Shown in pieces: positions 1 through 10,463 of a stretch of DNA of 64,000 nucleotides. Each line of letters opens with the position of its first letter. The first letter of the stretch is position 1. Under the pieces are notes generated by a model. The model was not told the DNA's origin, ran no database searches, and saw nothing but the letters and a program-made list of their open reading frames with translations. The translations under genes were made by a program, and so were the position numbers. Source of the stretch: a virus; IMG/VR virus record IMGVR_UViG_3300025652_009361, positions 1-64,000 of that record, one strand, 5' to 3'.

Positions 1-1523
1 CCAGACGAACCAGATGAACCGCTACTTCCAGAACTACCACTAGTTCCTGCGGTTCCACTCGAACCAGACGAACCAGATGAACCAGATGAACCAGATGAAC
101 CAGATGAACCGCTACTCCCAGATGACCCACTTGTTCCTGCAGTTCCACTCGAACCAGACGAACCAGACGAACCAGATGAACCAGATGAACCAGATGAACC
201 GCTACTCCCAGATGACCCACTTGTTCCTGCGGTTCCACTCGAACCAGACGAACCAGATGAACCGCTACTTCCAGAACTACCACTAGTTCCAGATGACCCA
301 TTCGTTCCTGCAGTTCCACTCGAACCAGACGAACCGCTACTTCCAGAACTACCACTAGTTCCAGATGATCCACTTGTTCCTGCAGTTCCACTCGAACCAG
401 ACGAACCAGATGAACCGCTACTTCCAGAACTACCACTAGTTCCTGCGGTTCCACTTGAACCAGACGAACCACTTGAACCAGACGAACCACTTGACCCAGA
501 AGAACCACTAGTTCCACTAGTACCCGGATCACCTTTGTCACCTGTACGGGCAAACGTTAATACGCAATCATCTCCGTTTGAAAAAGGATTAGTTTCTGAA
601 CTATCGATAGGAGAAACTGTAAATCTAAAATAACCAGCGTTTTCAGAAATAGCAGTTGTAATTGCAAACATTATAAAAGTAGAAGCGTCGTATAGTTTAC
701 TTACTTTTACATGACCTTTAATTGCAGATGTAGAATCATCTATAGTGCGAATATATTCTTGAATATCTGTTCCATTTAAGTCTACATCATCAATATTAAT
801 TCTAGTAGATGAATTTTGAGCAACAGAATTAAATAGAAAATTACCGCTACCCGGATCTGTGTCAGTTATCGTTGTTAAAAAATTATACTTAAAAGAAGCG
901 CCGCCAAAATTACCAGTTTGACCTGATGAACCACTTGATCCAGATGAACCGCTACTTCCAGAACTACCACTAGTTCCTGAGGTTCCACTCGAACCAGATG
1001 ATCCACTTGTTCCTGCAGTTCCACTCGAACCAGACGAACCAGATGAACCGCTACTTCCAGAACTACCACTAGTTCCAGATGATCCACTTGTTCCAGATGT
1101 TCCAGATGTGCCTGAAGAACCTGAAGTTCCTGATGAACCATCAGTTCCTGATGAACCATCAGTTCCTGATGAACCATTAGTTCCAGAGCTGCCACTAGTC
1201 CCAGATGATCCAGTAATTCCAGAACTACCACTAGTTCCAGATGATCCACTTGTTCCAGACGTTCCAGATGCGCCTGATGAACCATCAGTTCCTGATGAAC
1301 CATTAGTTCCTGATGAACCATTAGTTCCTGAGCTGCCACTAGTCCCAGACGATCCACTTGTTCCTGCAGTTCCACTTGTTCCAGATGTACCAGAAGAGCC
1401 ACTAGTCCCAGAGCTACCGGCAGGACCCTTCTCTACCGAAGAAGTAGTAACAGTAGATCTCGGTGTTAAATTAACATCGATTTGATTACTACTTGACGAT
1501 ACATTTACATCAATTTCTCCCAT
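1..1523 (-). CDS. Collagen-like Gly-X-Y (GSS/GTS/GTA) repeat virion fibre protein, runs off the window edge (3' partial)
   Basis: Not in the ORF track. ATG at 1523 reads MGEIDVNVSSSSNQIDVNLTPRSTVTTSSVEKGPAGSSGTSGSSGTSG...; long G-X-Y tracts flank a globular insert (GNFGGASFKYNF...CVLTFARTGDKGD). No stop seen before the edge; lies downstream of the head genes. Confidence 0.85.
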   Translation of the reverse strand, partial: MGEIDVNVSSSSNQIDVNLTPRSTVTTSSVEKGPAGSSGTSGSSGTSGTSGTAGTSGSSGTSGSSGTNGSSGTNGSSGTDGSSGASGTSGTSGSSGTSGSSGITGSSGTSGSSGTNGSSGTDGSSGTDGSSGTSGSSGTSGTSGTSGSSGTSGSSGSSGSSGSSGSSGTAGTSGSSGSSGTSGTSGSSGSSGSSGSSGSSGQTGNFGGASFKYNFLTTITDTDPGSGNFLFNSVAQNSSTRINIDDVDLNGTDIQEYIRTIDDSTSAIKGHVKVSKLYDASTFIMFAITTAISENAGYFRFTVSPIDSSETNPFSNGDDCVLTFARTGDKGDPGTSGTSGSSGSSGSSGSSGSSGSSGTAGTSGSSGSSGSSGSSGSSGTAGTSGSSGTSGSSGSSGSSGSSGTAGTNGSSGTSGSSGSSGSSGSSGSSGTAGTSGSSGSSGSSGSSGSSGSSGSSGSSGTAGTSGSSGSSGSSGSSGSSGSSGSSGSSGTAGTSGSSGSSGSSGSS

Positions 1524-1527
1524 ATCA

Positions 1528-1857
1528 TTATAAGTGTGTTACATCAGGTAAAACATTTAGTCTAAATTCGAAAAGAGTTACATCTTTTATACCGGGAGCA
1601 AAAAAATGAATATCTCCATATAAATTTATAGGAGGAAAAGCCTTCGTATTGCTAGCAGGTATATCAAAAAATACAGACGCACTTAAATCTCCCGCTGAAG
1701 TTACGGTAGGGATAAATTGATAAATCAAGCTGCCATCAGGATGACTTCTGATTTGACCAGTACAGGTCAAAGCTGTAAAATCATCTGTAGCAGATGTTAA
1801 ATTAATTGTTTGGGTACCAAGTGTATCTCCTCGAATTATAGTAAGTTGTGTTGCCAC
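1528..1857 (-). CDS. Small virion structural protein (BppU N-terminal-like beta-sandwich)
   Basis: LTIIRGDT...GQIR...LYGDI pattern typical of phage fibre/baseplate adaptor proteins; GTGTAA motif upstream. Confidence 0.5.
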   Translation of the reverse strand: MATQLTIIRGDTLGTQTINLTSATDDFTALTCTGQIRSHPDGSLIYQFIPTVTSAGDLSASVFFDIPASNTKAFPPINLYGDIHFFAPGIKDVTLFEFRLNVLPDVTHL

Positions 1858-1897
1858 ATTCTACTTTACACTTAATACAATAAAAAAAGAAGAATAA

Positions 1898-2290
1898 CTA
1901 AATTTCTCCTAATATTTTTATGACTTTTTGATGCTCAGGGTCATTAGGATCCAACTTTAAAGCTGGGTTCTCAACTGACATAGCTATTGTAGGTTTATGA
2001 GTAGATTTAAATTCTCTTAATAATTTACTTTTAATATCCATTCTCGAACCGCTAGCAAAAATGCCAATTTTTTCGCACATATGCTGCATGTCAATTAACG
2101 TCATCTCACTTAATTTTTCTTTGAAAATTTGTAAATTTGACGTGCCGAAAGGGTTTGACTTTTCTATTCCTAAACACACCTCCAACTCTCTTACTCTAGC
2201 TATATCAGGATCTTCATGAACTTTGCCGTCAGCAAAATTTAAATCGTCTAATTCAGACTTCTTCTTGGACTTAGTAATTTTTTTAGCCAT
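1898..2290 (-). CDS. Hypothetical protein in head module
   Basis: 130-aa ORF co-oriented with structural genes. Confidence 0.6.
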   Translation of the reverse strand: MAKKITKSKKKSELDDLNFADGKVHEDPDIARVRELEVCLGIEKSNPFGTSNLQIFKEKLSEMTLIDMQHMCEKIGIFASGSRMDIKSKLLREFKSTHKPTIAMSVENPALKLDPNDPEHQKVIKILGEI

Positions 2291-2324
2291 ATATATATTA
2301 TAAAGTTAAAATTGAAAATTCAAT

Positions 2325-2356
2325 AAAAAAGGGTGCTGCCCTTTCAGGCAGCACCC
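2325..2356 (-). terminator. Intrinsic terminator after the major capsid gene
   Basis: GGGTGCTGCC-ctttca-GGCAGCACCC 10-bp stem with an A6 tract on plus (U-tract on minus). Confidence 0.85.
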
Positions 2357-2377
2357 ATGTAGTGGATCTGATTGATA

Positions 2378-3538
2378 TTAAACGATAAGACCAATGAGAG
2401 CGCGAGTATCAAGAACCATACGTCCCTCTTCGAGAGCTCCAAAGTAACCAATTTTACCTTGGCGAATGGTATATTGATCGTCAGCCTGTAAGTTGAATTC
2501 AGAACCTGTGTCAGAATCAACTGCTACCGCACGAATAAGAGAATCGCGAGATCTGTCAAGACCGACAACAACCTGTTCACTTGCTTGAGCAAAAGTGGTT
2601 CCACCACCAGCTACTGTATGAGCAGCATAGGTTGTAGCAGCACCACCGACAGAAGAGAAGATAGTGTTGAATTTCTTGCCATCACCTAATTCCAATATTT
2701 CCATAATAGAAACACCATAAAACTCAGGTAAACCTCCAGAATTAAATAATTCCTGACGAATTGCCTCTGGAGCTGTGATTGAGTCATCACCGGCTGCAGG
2801 AGCAGCTGTCAAATTAGGCCCTTTTGTTGAAATAGGATTATAAGCCATTCCACGAATTTGCTCGACAATTTCAGGAGAAACAATGAGATCTGTTAAACCT
2901 CTACGAGCTCCAGAAGGAGTTCCCCCAACGAATGAAGAGTTAATTCTCTTAATCTTGGTGAACATTTTATTTAAATCGTCAAGAACGAAACGGTTAGCAG
3001 CAGCAGAACGGAAAACATGCAAGTTATCTGTTGCTGTAGCGCTGTTACCCGTAGAAGCCGTTGCTAATGCAGTCATAAGAAGATTAGCAGATGTTCTTTC
3101 TTGCTTCAACATAACTTCTTGAGCTACGCGAGTGAAAGATTTGCTAACGACATCAAGGCGACTCTTAGCGGCATACTTCTTGTCAAAAGCAACAGCGCTA
3201 TCTAAACGATAAGTTGCGATTTTGAGCTCAGAAGCTGTTGGCTGAACGATATTTTGAGGAAGACCTCCTGCAACGGATTGACTATAAACTTTGATATAAT
3301 CTTCATCGAAAATATCATAGTATAAATCAAGAGGAATTGAAGGGTTGTCTTCAGCGTTGAATTGTAAACTTGTGAATAAGTTAGAAACGGTTGGAGCGTT
3401 GTTAATGACTTCAGCTAAGACCGGACCAATGAATTCAGCCAAAGCTACTTGAGCGTCATAGGCTACCTCACGATTCTTGGATGCTAAAGCTTTAATTAGC
3501 TCAACCTGTTCGTCTGTTCTCTTTAAAACTATTTTCAT
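2378..3538 (-). CDS. Major capsid protein (probable HK97 fold)
   Basis: 386 aa; position portal-protease-decoration-X followed by a strong terminator; DLIVSPE and FYGVSIME segments resemble HK97-fold capsid motifs. Confidence 0.75.
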   Translation of the reverse strand: MKIVLKRTDEQVELIKALASKNREVAYDAQVALAEFIGPVLAEVINNAPTVSNLFTSLQFNAEDNPSIPLDLYYDIFDEDYIKVYSQSVAGGLPQNIVQPTASELKIATYRLDSAVAFDKKYAAKSRLDVVSKSFTRVAQEVMLKQERTSANLLMTALATASTGNSATATDNLHVFRSAAANRFVLDDLNKMFTKIKRINSSFVGGTPSGARRGLTDLIVSPEIVEQIRGMAYNPISTKGPNLTAAPAAGDDSITAPEAIRQELFNSGGLPEFYGVSIMEILELGDGKKFNTIFSSVGGAATTYAAHTVAGGGTTFAQASEQVVVGLDRSRDSLIRAVAVDSDTGSEFNLQADDQYTIRQGKIGYFGALEEGRMVLDTRALIGLIV

Positions 3539-3564
3539 ATTATATATTAATAAAGCCTTTCTAA

Positions 3565-4233
3565 TTACAAGGAGGTTGGGTTAACACAATCAATTTGAAC
3601 CAAAGCGTATTTACCAGTAGTAGTTCCAGCGAACTGATCGCTTTGACCGTTAGAGGAAACACGTTGTCCAGTACCTAAAATTCTACCGACGATTGTATAA
3701 TCACCAGTGAACGGACCAGCATTACTAGCTAATAAACCACTTACTTTGCCAGCGTTGCTTGAAACAACAAGATGCGAATTGGGAGTCATGCTACTGTCAG
3801 CCCAATCAACTGCATCATCGGTTAATGTAAACATACCTCTTGTGGCAACAGGAGAAGCCTGACCACTTAAAACCGCTTGTAACTCTGCAGCTTTAACAGG
3901 ATTATATAGAAGTTTCTCTCCATTCTCATCTTGTTGAAGAGTCTGATTTAACGTAATACCGAGGACAGGTTCTCCTGCAGTAGCCGTTGTAAATTTAAGA
4001 GGAACTTCTGGGTATTGTGCTGCGCCAACAAAAGGATAATCAGTTTTACCTAAATATCCGTTTGTAGCATAAGTAATTGGATCGGAATCCAAATTACCAG
4101 CTGATACCTTAACGAACACACCTGCGGAACCCGCTCCATTTGTAGATGGACTGGTATCAGCAGTGTTGCTGGCAAACAAGTTGATTACATCTTGTTCGCT
4201 ATATTGTCTGAATGGTAATAATCTTAGTGCCAT
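3565..4233 (-). CDS. Probable head decoration/cement protein
   Basis: 222 aa, Gly/Ala/Thr-rich beta protein between protease and capsid genes. Confidence 0.55.
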   Translation of the reverse strand: MALRLLPFRQYSEQDVINLFASNTADTSPSTNGAGSAGVFVKVSAGNLDSDPITYATNGYLGKTDYPFVGAAQYPEVPLKFTTATAGEPVLGITLNQTLQQDENGEKLLYNPVKAAELQAVLSGQASPVATRGMFTLTDDAVDWADSSMTPNSHLVVSSNAGKVSGLLASNAGPFTGDYTIVGRILGTGQRVSSNGQSDQFAGTTTGKYALVQIDCVNPTSL

Positions 4234-4238
4234 AACCT

Positions 4239-5828
4239 TTAAAAATTAATTGTTATATTTTCTTTTGAAAAAGCCTTACTTAATTTATCTTTCCAAGAAA
4301 CCTTCTCTTCAGTAGGCTCAATGTTCTGAGCAGGTAAAGAAGCTTCTTCAGTTTGAGCGTTTGCTAATGCAGTTTCAACTTCGACTTCAGGAGTTTCAGT
4401 TTTTTCTGCAGTTGCTTCTACGACTTCAATTTCTTCAGTCTTCTGAATACGCTTAGCTAATTCAGCTTCTAATCTTTCTTGGAAAATCTTTTCTTGCTCA
4501 TCTTTAAAAGCTTTACTCTTGTGACGATAAATCACAGTTAGCTTTTCTTGATAAGAAGCAAAAGCTTCTTCTGAGCTATCTAAAGTGTTTAATTCTTCAG
4601 CTAACAACTTACGGTCAGCGTCGTCAAAATCATATTCTGTATCAAGGGTACTCATTCTGGAACTAAATAATTCCTGAGCAGCCTGTGCAGAAAGAATAGA
4701 TTCTAACTCGTTAATTTTAGAAAAAGCGCTATCTAACTTTTCATCGTTTTCAGCTAAGCTTTTTTTCAACTCTTCAGCTTCGGCAACTGCTGTCGCTTTA
4801 GCTTCTTCAGCTGAAAGAATTTGAGACTGAATTTCTTCACTCTTTTCTTTAATGCTTTCAGCGATTTTTGCAGAGATGCTAGCAACTGCCTCTTCACTGA
4901 ATGATTCTTTCGTCTGCTTTTCAGCAAGGACGGTCTTTAAATCTGATAATATCTGTTCTAGATCCATAATATTAGTTTTGGTTGTATTTACAGGCTTTTT
5001 TTCTTTTTGTGAAAAATTTTCACGAATTTTTAATACTTCAGGTGTATTAAATTCACCGTCTTTATCATTCGCTTTGTTTTTATCCATTGTGTCTTGAGCT
5101 GCATCATCAATAATTACACCATTTACATTTGCCGCAGGATTGGTCGTGAAACCGATGCCCAACGGATAAATTCGTCCAGTTACGAGACGATAAACTGGAA
5201 TCCCATCATCTGTAAATCCAGTTCCGTCAAAACCTCGTAAGTACTTTTTAAATTCATTTATTTGCTCTTCTTTAGTAATAATCTCAGCCTCATGAAGCTT
5301 ATCGCTACCCAAGGCGATATTATAATTATTAAATCCTATCTCCCAGCTTGCGCTTATTTTTTGATATAAGTTTGAATCAGGATTATTAGATTCTAAAAGT
5401 GCTTCAGCAAAATCTTTATCTACAGTTTTGTAAACAACGGCAGCTAAAGCGATATTAAAAGGATCTAACGACCCCTTGACATCTTCGTCTGTTAAAATCT
5501 TATTTTCTCCGAAAGAAGAAAAAGCGGAATTAACAATATGACCTACTACTTTTTGTTTTTTATGTTCTATATTAGTAGGTTTATGCGTAAAATAATTTTT
5601 AAATTCAATAGCGGTATCAGTATCAATTCCATCTCCGTTTTTATTAAATGCATTGACTACTGCTCCGTTAAAAGCAGCGCCAATTAAATCTACATTTTTT
5701 TCTAAGTTAACAGATTTAGGAATTAACCCCTTGATAGGCTCTAATGATGCTTGCGACAACAATAAATTATTATCAAAATTTATTGAAGCAGTCACAACAT
5801 TATTGAACCGCGTCTTGTACTTATACAT
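4239..5828 (-). CDS. Prohead protease fused to coiled-coil scaffold
   Basis: N-half has NKNGD, NIEH, ASWEIGF and GIGFTTNPAA (prohead protease-type motifs); C-half is an acidic Glu/Ala/Lys coiled coil. Confidence 0.75.
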   Translation of the reverse strand: MYKYKTRFNNVVTASINFDNNLLLSQASLEPIKGLIPKSVNLEKNVDLIGAAFNGAVVNAFNKNGDGIDTDTAIEFKNYFTHKPTNIEHKKQKVVGHIVNSAFSSFGENKILTDEDVKGSLDPFNIALAAVVYKTVDKDFAEALLESNNPDSNLYQKISASWEIGFNNYNIALGSDKLHEAEIITKEEQINEFKKYLRGFDGTGFTDDGIPVYRLVTGRIYPLGIGFTTNPAANVNGVIIDDAAQDTMDKNKANDKDGEFNTPEVLKIRENFSQKEKKPVNTTKTNIMDLEQILSDLKTVLAEKQTKESFSEEAVASISAKIAESIKEKSEEIQSQILSAEEAKATAVAEAEELKKSLAENDEKLDSAFSKINELESILSAQAAQELFSSRMSTLDTEYDFDDADRKLLAEELNTLDSSEEAFASYQEKLTVIYRHKSKAFKDEQEKIFQERLEAELAKRIQKTEEIEVVEATAEKTETPEVEVETALANAQTEEASLPAQNIEPTEEKVSWKDKLSKAFSKENITINF

Positions 5829-5842
5829 AGTAATTGTTACAC

Positions 5843-7897
5843 TTATTTTTTATTACTGTGATATAATAAAGCGGCTGCATAGGTATTTAAATCGTGCTGT
5901 GCAGCCAGATCTTGCACAGCTTTCATCACGCCCAACTTATCTAAAGTAGACGGATCTTTTAAAACCGTTTCAGCTGCATCTTTCCAGTTAGTACTTTCTG
6001 AACCTATAATAATAGCTTCACTAACATTTTCAGCTAACTTCTTTTGATCTTTTGTTAAGCGTTTTTTATTATATTTTTGTTTCAATAAAGTCTGGACATC
6101 AGAATACAATCCTTTAGTTAAATCAAAAACTTCCGCAATAGCTTCTCTTGAATAAACATCAGCTTTAATTGCCCCAACTGGACGACCTCTTTCATTTGGC
6201 ACTTTATTTTTTACTGGAGGTACTTTTTCAGAGCTTTTTTCTTCGGGAACTTCCTCAACATCACTCCCCATTGGAGGGGCTATAGAAGGGACGCCTCCTA
6301 TAATAGGATTATAGAATCCTTTCTTTCTTTGCTCAACAAATTTTTCTTGAGCAGCAGCGAGCTCTTCTCCAGAAGGATAAATACCAGTTTCGATAACTCT
6401 AATACCTTCTTCAGGGGGCAAGATGCCTAATTCCATCATTCTGGTTACAACTCTATTAAATTGCGTTTCATCTTTAATAGACACTTCTTCAAACTTAGCT
6501 AGAGGACATTTACCTTTAAAGCCTAAGTTTTTAAATATCAATTCCATTTCTGGTTGCAAGAAATCATTTAAGAAAGCATTTCTAGCCTCTCGCAATCTCT
6601 CAAAAAATACCTGAGCTTTAACTGTTGTATTTGCAAACTTCTCAGAACCAATTAAAATATTCTGTAGACCTTCTTTAATATCTTCGTTAACAATTTTATA
6701 TTTCTCATACCCCAATACTTTATTCATATCAGGAATGATAAAATCAGCTTTTGTTGTGTAATCCGCAACAAGGACGCGACCAACAGATTGATTACTCAAT
6801 AGAGATTGCATTGCGGAAATATTTTTATGATTAATGCCACCTTTATCAGGGGTATTACCTAAAGTGATTAAAAGAATAACATTTTCAATTGTACGACAGA
6901 TCGCTTGATCTATCTTTTTCATTTCTAACTTAAAGTTAATATCATCCAAAACGGCAAAGCCAAACGGCACAGCAAATGGCTCATAATCTTGTTTCTTATA
7001 AAAAGAATAAATAACATCAGTAGGATTTAATTGTATTTTTAAACCATCTACAGACCATTGACCGTTTTTAATTTTATCTCTAGACTCTGCATCTAAACTT
7101 TCAAAAATTATTTTATCCTGTTCATTTTTTGGATTCTGTAATCTTTCTAATTCATACTCAGAAAGAACCTTTTCATATACAACCTGTTTCCAAGATGTAG
7201 ATCTATTTGCCACAAGAAAAAATGGATTTAAGAGGGTATACTGTACAGGAATAGAGTTTTTGACATTGTAAGAAGTAGGGTAATTATAAATCTTTTCAAC
7301 GTTATCGTAAGATAGATCATCAGCATTAGCATAAGATTTTAAGATAGATTGAAAATCATCTAACGAAAATTTAGCATTTAATTTATAAAAAAAGATATTT
7401 CCGCTACGATAATATTCCCTGAAGTATTGATCTTTTACTTTCCAAATTTTTATATACCTCATCCACTTGCTGAAAAAGTCTCTAGCTTTTGCGCTGCCGC
7501 CCTCTAAGTTTATTTCGGCATTAGAAAATTCAGACATAATGTCTACAGCATTTCTAAATATAGCAACATTAGCATATGCTTTTTGACATAATTCAATAGC
7601 ATCCCTTACGTTGTAACCATTAATTGACGACTCAAATGGCAACAAACCTTCTCTAATATTAGCGTATTTATTAAATTTAGGCTGAGTAGATATCCTGTTT
7701 CTTCTTGTTGAAGTCGAAGATTCTCCTCCATTTCTAGAATAATTAGCTTTGCTGTCAAAGCTATAAAAAGGATCGCCTAACAATTGAGGCTCAGAAGGGT
7801 TTTTTTGGACTAGACTTTCTAAAGAAGTATTGTCACTTTCATTACCAGATGAAAATTTATCCCAATAATTTGATTTTTTTGTATATTTTCTAGGCAT
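5843..7897 (-). CDS. Portal protein
   Basis: 684 aa between terminase and protease; FREYYRSGN and KKQDYEPFAVP motifs as in large-phage portals. Confidence 0.75.
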   Translation of the reverse strand: MPRKYTKKSNYWDKFSSGNESDNTSLESLVQKNPSEPQLLGDPFYSFDSKANYSRNGGESSTSTRRNRISTQPKFNKYANIREGLLPFESSINGYNVRDAIELCQKAYANVAIFRNAVDIMSEFSNAEINLEGGSAKARDFFSKWMRYIKIWKVKDQYFREYYRSGNIFFYKLNAKFSLDDFQSILKSYANADDLSYDNVEKIYNYPTSYNVKNSIPVQYTLLNPFFLVANRSTSWKQVVYEKVLSEYELERLQNPKNEQDKIIFESLDAESRDKIKNGQWSVDGLKIQLNPTDVIYSFYKKQDYEPFAVPFGFAVLDDINFKLEMKKIDQAICRTIENVILLITLGNTPDKGGINHKNISAMQSLLSNQSVGRVLVADYTTKADFIIPDMNKVLGYEKYKIVNEDIKEGLQNILIGSEKFANTTVKAQVFFERLREARNAFLNDFLQPEMELIFKNLGFKGKCPLAKFEEVSIKDETQFNRVVTRMMELGILPPEEGIRVIETGIYPSGEELAAAQEKFVEQRKKGFYNPIIGGVPSIAPPMGSDVEEVPEEKSSEKVPPVKNKVPNERGRPVGAIKADVYSREAIAEVFDLTKGLYSDVQTLLKQKYNKKRLTKDQKKLAENVSEAIIIGSESTNWKDAAETVLKDPSTLDKLGVMKAVQDLAAQHDLNTYAAALLYHSNKK

Positions 7898-7953
7898 GTC
7901 TATATTATAGTTACACTAAGCAACTTTCAAAGTGACTTTTAAACTTTTCTTTT

Positions 7954-8604
7954 TTAAAAAGAATATAGAAATACATTATTATTTCCAGTAAAAACTATAT
8001 CATCATGCCTAGTCCAACTTTTTTCTATTAAAAAGTCATGACAATCCATACCTTTGCCTACTGTTTTATCGTTTGTCTGAAAAATCTCTTTTCTACCATC
8101 AGGAAAAAATAATTCCACCCATGTATTCGGCATATAATTATCGTCTATAGCTATAAAGGAGTTATTATTGACCCTATAAAAAAAAGAAATTAATTCACTC
8201 AAGTGATGAGAGGAAGATGGTTTTGGATTATGCAGGTCTAACTCATAAGAATCTAAAAAAAACAAATCTATAGAATTGATAAAAGAATCAGGCATTCCTG
8301 AAATACTCTTAACACTATCAGCACAAACATGATCTATTACATCTAAATATTCTTTATTGTATTTTTTAGATAATTTTATATGACCGTAATCATTATCTAT
8401 TGTAGTTAATGTGCCTCCAAAATAATTTTTAATAAACTTAGCAAAAACATTAGTGAAACCTATTTTTCCAGAAAACTGCGTTCCCGTTTCCAAAATGTTA
8501 ATCGGCCTATTTAAAGACTCAAAATACTGAAAACATTTATAAAGGAATTGCTTTCTTGATTCAGTAAAAGAACAATTTTCTATTTCTTCTATAATCTTAC
8601 TCAT
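7954..8604 (-). CDS. Class I SAM-dependent methyltransferase-like protein
   Basis: ILETGT, TIDND, DSV, DLFFLDS, IAIDDN motifs. Confidence 0.7.
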   Translation of the reverse strand: MSKIIEEIENCSFTESRKQFLYKCFQYFESLNRPINILETGTQFSGKIGFTNVFAKFIKNYFGGTLTTIDNDYGHIKLSKKYNKEYLDVIDHVCADSVKSISGMPDSFINSIDLFFLDSYELDLHNPKPSSSHHLSELISFFYRVNNNSFIAIDDNYMPNTWVELFFPDGRKEIFQTNDKTVGKGMDCHDFLIEKSWTRHDDIVFTGNNNVFLYSF

Positions 8605-10463
8605 AAAATAAAAGGCGTAAAAGAAGAATCTAGCTCTTCTTTTTTAAACGACTGCATATCATAATAAACTCTTGCCATCCAATTTGAAAGTATTAAAGCG
8701 GAATAGCTATCTTTTCTTGGTTTATCCGGCCCAGTCTTTCTTTTTAAATTGGGAGGTAAATCAAAACTTTGTGTACCTTGGGCTGTTGTAGTTATTTGTA
8801 TTAATGCGCACTCAGTCTTGGTCAAAAGTATCATATCTGTTAAATGCTCCACAAAATCAATCATTTTAGCTTCTTCGTTTTGTTTGTCAGAATCCGCCAT
8901 ATTAGAAAACTTCATATTTAATATGCCTATTTTCTTTTTAGATTGAGTTCTAAAATTTTGATCTATAGCTCTACTTCCAAAAAATATTCTTCTATGATCG
9001 AAATTTGCTTGCAGCAATTCATTAGCGGTTCTGATCCAACTCGATGTAGGTTTTCTTAAAAAAACATATTTATAATTAGATTTATTATATTCATTTTTTG
9101 CAGAAAGTAAATTTTGAGGATAATCTTCTGGTTTTTCAAATTCTGTGGTTATTTGTTTCAAGTCAATTCCTTCGCTTTTAAACAATTCACTTTCATTACA
9201 AGAATTCATAAACTGCACTCCGCCATTATAATCCATGCAAACAGCTACAATATTAAAGTTCTTTAAAATATATAAGAAATATTTAATATGATCCCTTAAT
9301 GAACTACCCGATAAAGCGTATGAATGAACTAATGTGCTTATTTGTTTTTCTCTATTCAGCTTTAAAACTTGTATTGCGAAATCATCTGAAGATTCTGTTT
9401 CTGACCACGAAGGGTCAACTGCTACAATATATTCGGCTTCTGCTTTACCAACCACCTCAACAGAAGGTGACTCTCCATCAGGAACGGTACATAATGCCAT
9501 TTTAGATATTTTAAAATACCCAGAACTATCATCAGTGAATTGAGCACCAAACTCTCTCATAAATTGAGATTCACTCATAGTAGCTTTCGCTTGATTAATT
9601 AGATTTTGATCATACAACTGCACAGGCGCACAATCATAACTAAACTGCATTACACATCGACGAGTTCTTTCCTTATTTCTTGGATTAGAAATTAAATTTT
9701 CATATTGTTCATATAACTTATATAAATATTCAAATTTAAAAGAAGCAGATGAAAGAGCTATCAGTTTGTTATTCGGCCATTGATGTCTATCTTTTTCTTC
9801 CATTTTGCCCTGCTTAATTAAATTATTCTCCGCTTGATACAGCTCTTCTCTTTGTGTAGGGTTCTGCACAACGGACAAAAATGGCACTATAACTTCATTA
9901 TAAATGCGTTCAGGCATCAACAGGAACTCGTCGATAATAATGCGATGAAAACGGAAGCCTCGCAGTTTTTCACCATCACCCAAGGGTAGCGCCCGAATAC
10001 GGCTTTTGCCTATTTCCATTACCCACTCATCATTACTTTTTGAAACGTGAGTAATACATTGCTTTAGTAAATAAGCTTCTGGCTTTGCGGCGATATCTTC
10101 GATTTTTTTAAAAATCATTTTAGATTGCCGGAAAGATCTGGAAAGAATACCTGTTTCAACCCCTTGATTTAAAATGGCGTCTAAAACGGCATAAATTCCA
10201 GTTGTATAACTTTTACTCATACCGCGAGACCATACTCCTAAAAAATAATCACTTTCCAACATGCTTTTAATGGCCATATGTTGAAATGGGAATAATTGAA
10301 CACCAGTGATTAAATCTGTAGCAAAAGTTGTGTTATTTCTTAAAAATTCATAAAATAAAAGTTTAGCTTCTCTCTCTTCTAAGAAGCCCTTCTTTTTTAA
10401 AAGATCTTCATTGCTAATGAATTCTTTTTTTCTTGGTATTTGATTACCTGTCTCCCAACTCAT
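8601..10463 (-). CDS. terL: Terminase large subunit
   Basis: Walker A SRGMSKS, LRGFRFHRIIIDE (Walker B), LSSA motif III, nuclease VAVDP and KDSYSA. Confidence 0.92.
   Translation of the reverse strand: MSWETGNQIPRKKEFISNEDLLKKKGFLEEREAKLLFYEFLRNNTTFATDLITGVQLFPFQHMAIKSMLESDYFLGVWSRGMSKSYTTGIYAVLDAILNQGVETGILSRSFRQSKMIFKKIEDIAAKPEAYLLKQCITHVSKSNDEWVMEIGKSRIRALPLGDGEKLRGFRFHRIIIDEFLLMPERIYNEVIVPFLSVVQNPTQREELYQAENNLIKQGKMEEKDRHQWPNNKLIALSSASFKFEYLYKLYEQYENLISNPRNKERTRRCVMQFSYDCAPVQLYDQNLINQAKATMSESQFMREFGAQFTDDSSGYFKISKMALCTVPDGESPSVEVVGKAEAEYIVAVDPSWSETESSDDFAIQVLKLNREKQISTLVHSYALSGSSLRDHIKYFLYILKNFNIVAVCMDYNGGVQFMNSCNESELFKSEGIDLKQITTEFEKPEDYPQNLLSAKNEYNKSNYKYVFLRKPTSSWIRTANELLQANFDHRRIFFGSRAIDQNFRTQSKKKIGILNMKFSNMADSDKQNEEAKMIDFVEHLTDMILLTKTECALIQITTTAQGTQSFDLPPNLKRKTGPDKPRKDSYSALILSNWMARVYYDMQSFKKEELDSSFTPFIL

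Noticed and set aside
77-1485. Track ORFs 77-286 (+), 875-1402 (-) and 1108-1485 (+)
   Set aside because: Shadow frames of the Gly-Ser-Thr repeat gene; 9-bp periodic DNA keeps alternative frames open.
8601-10463. Intron or intein in terminase, portal or capsid genes
   Set aside because: ORFs are continuous and of ordinary size, with no intein terminal motifs seen.
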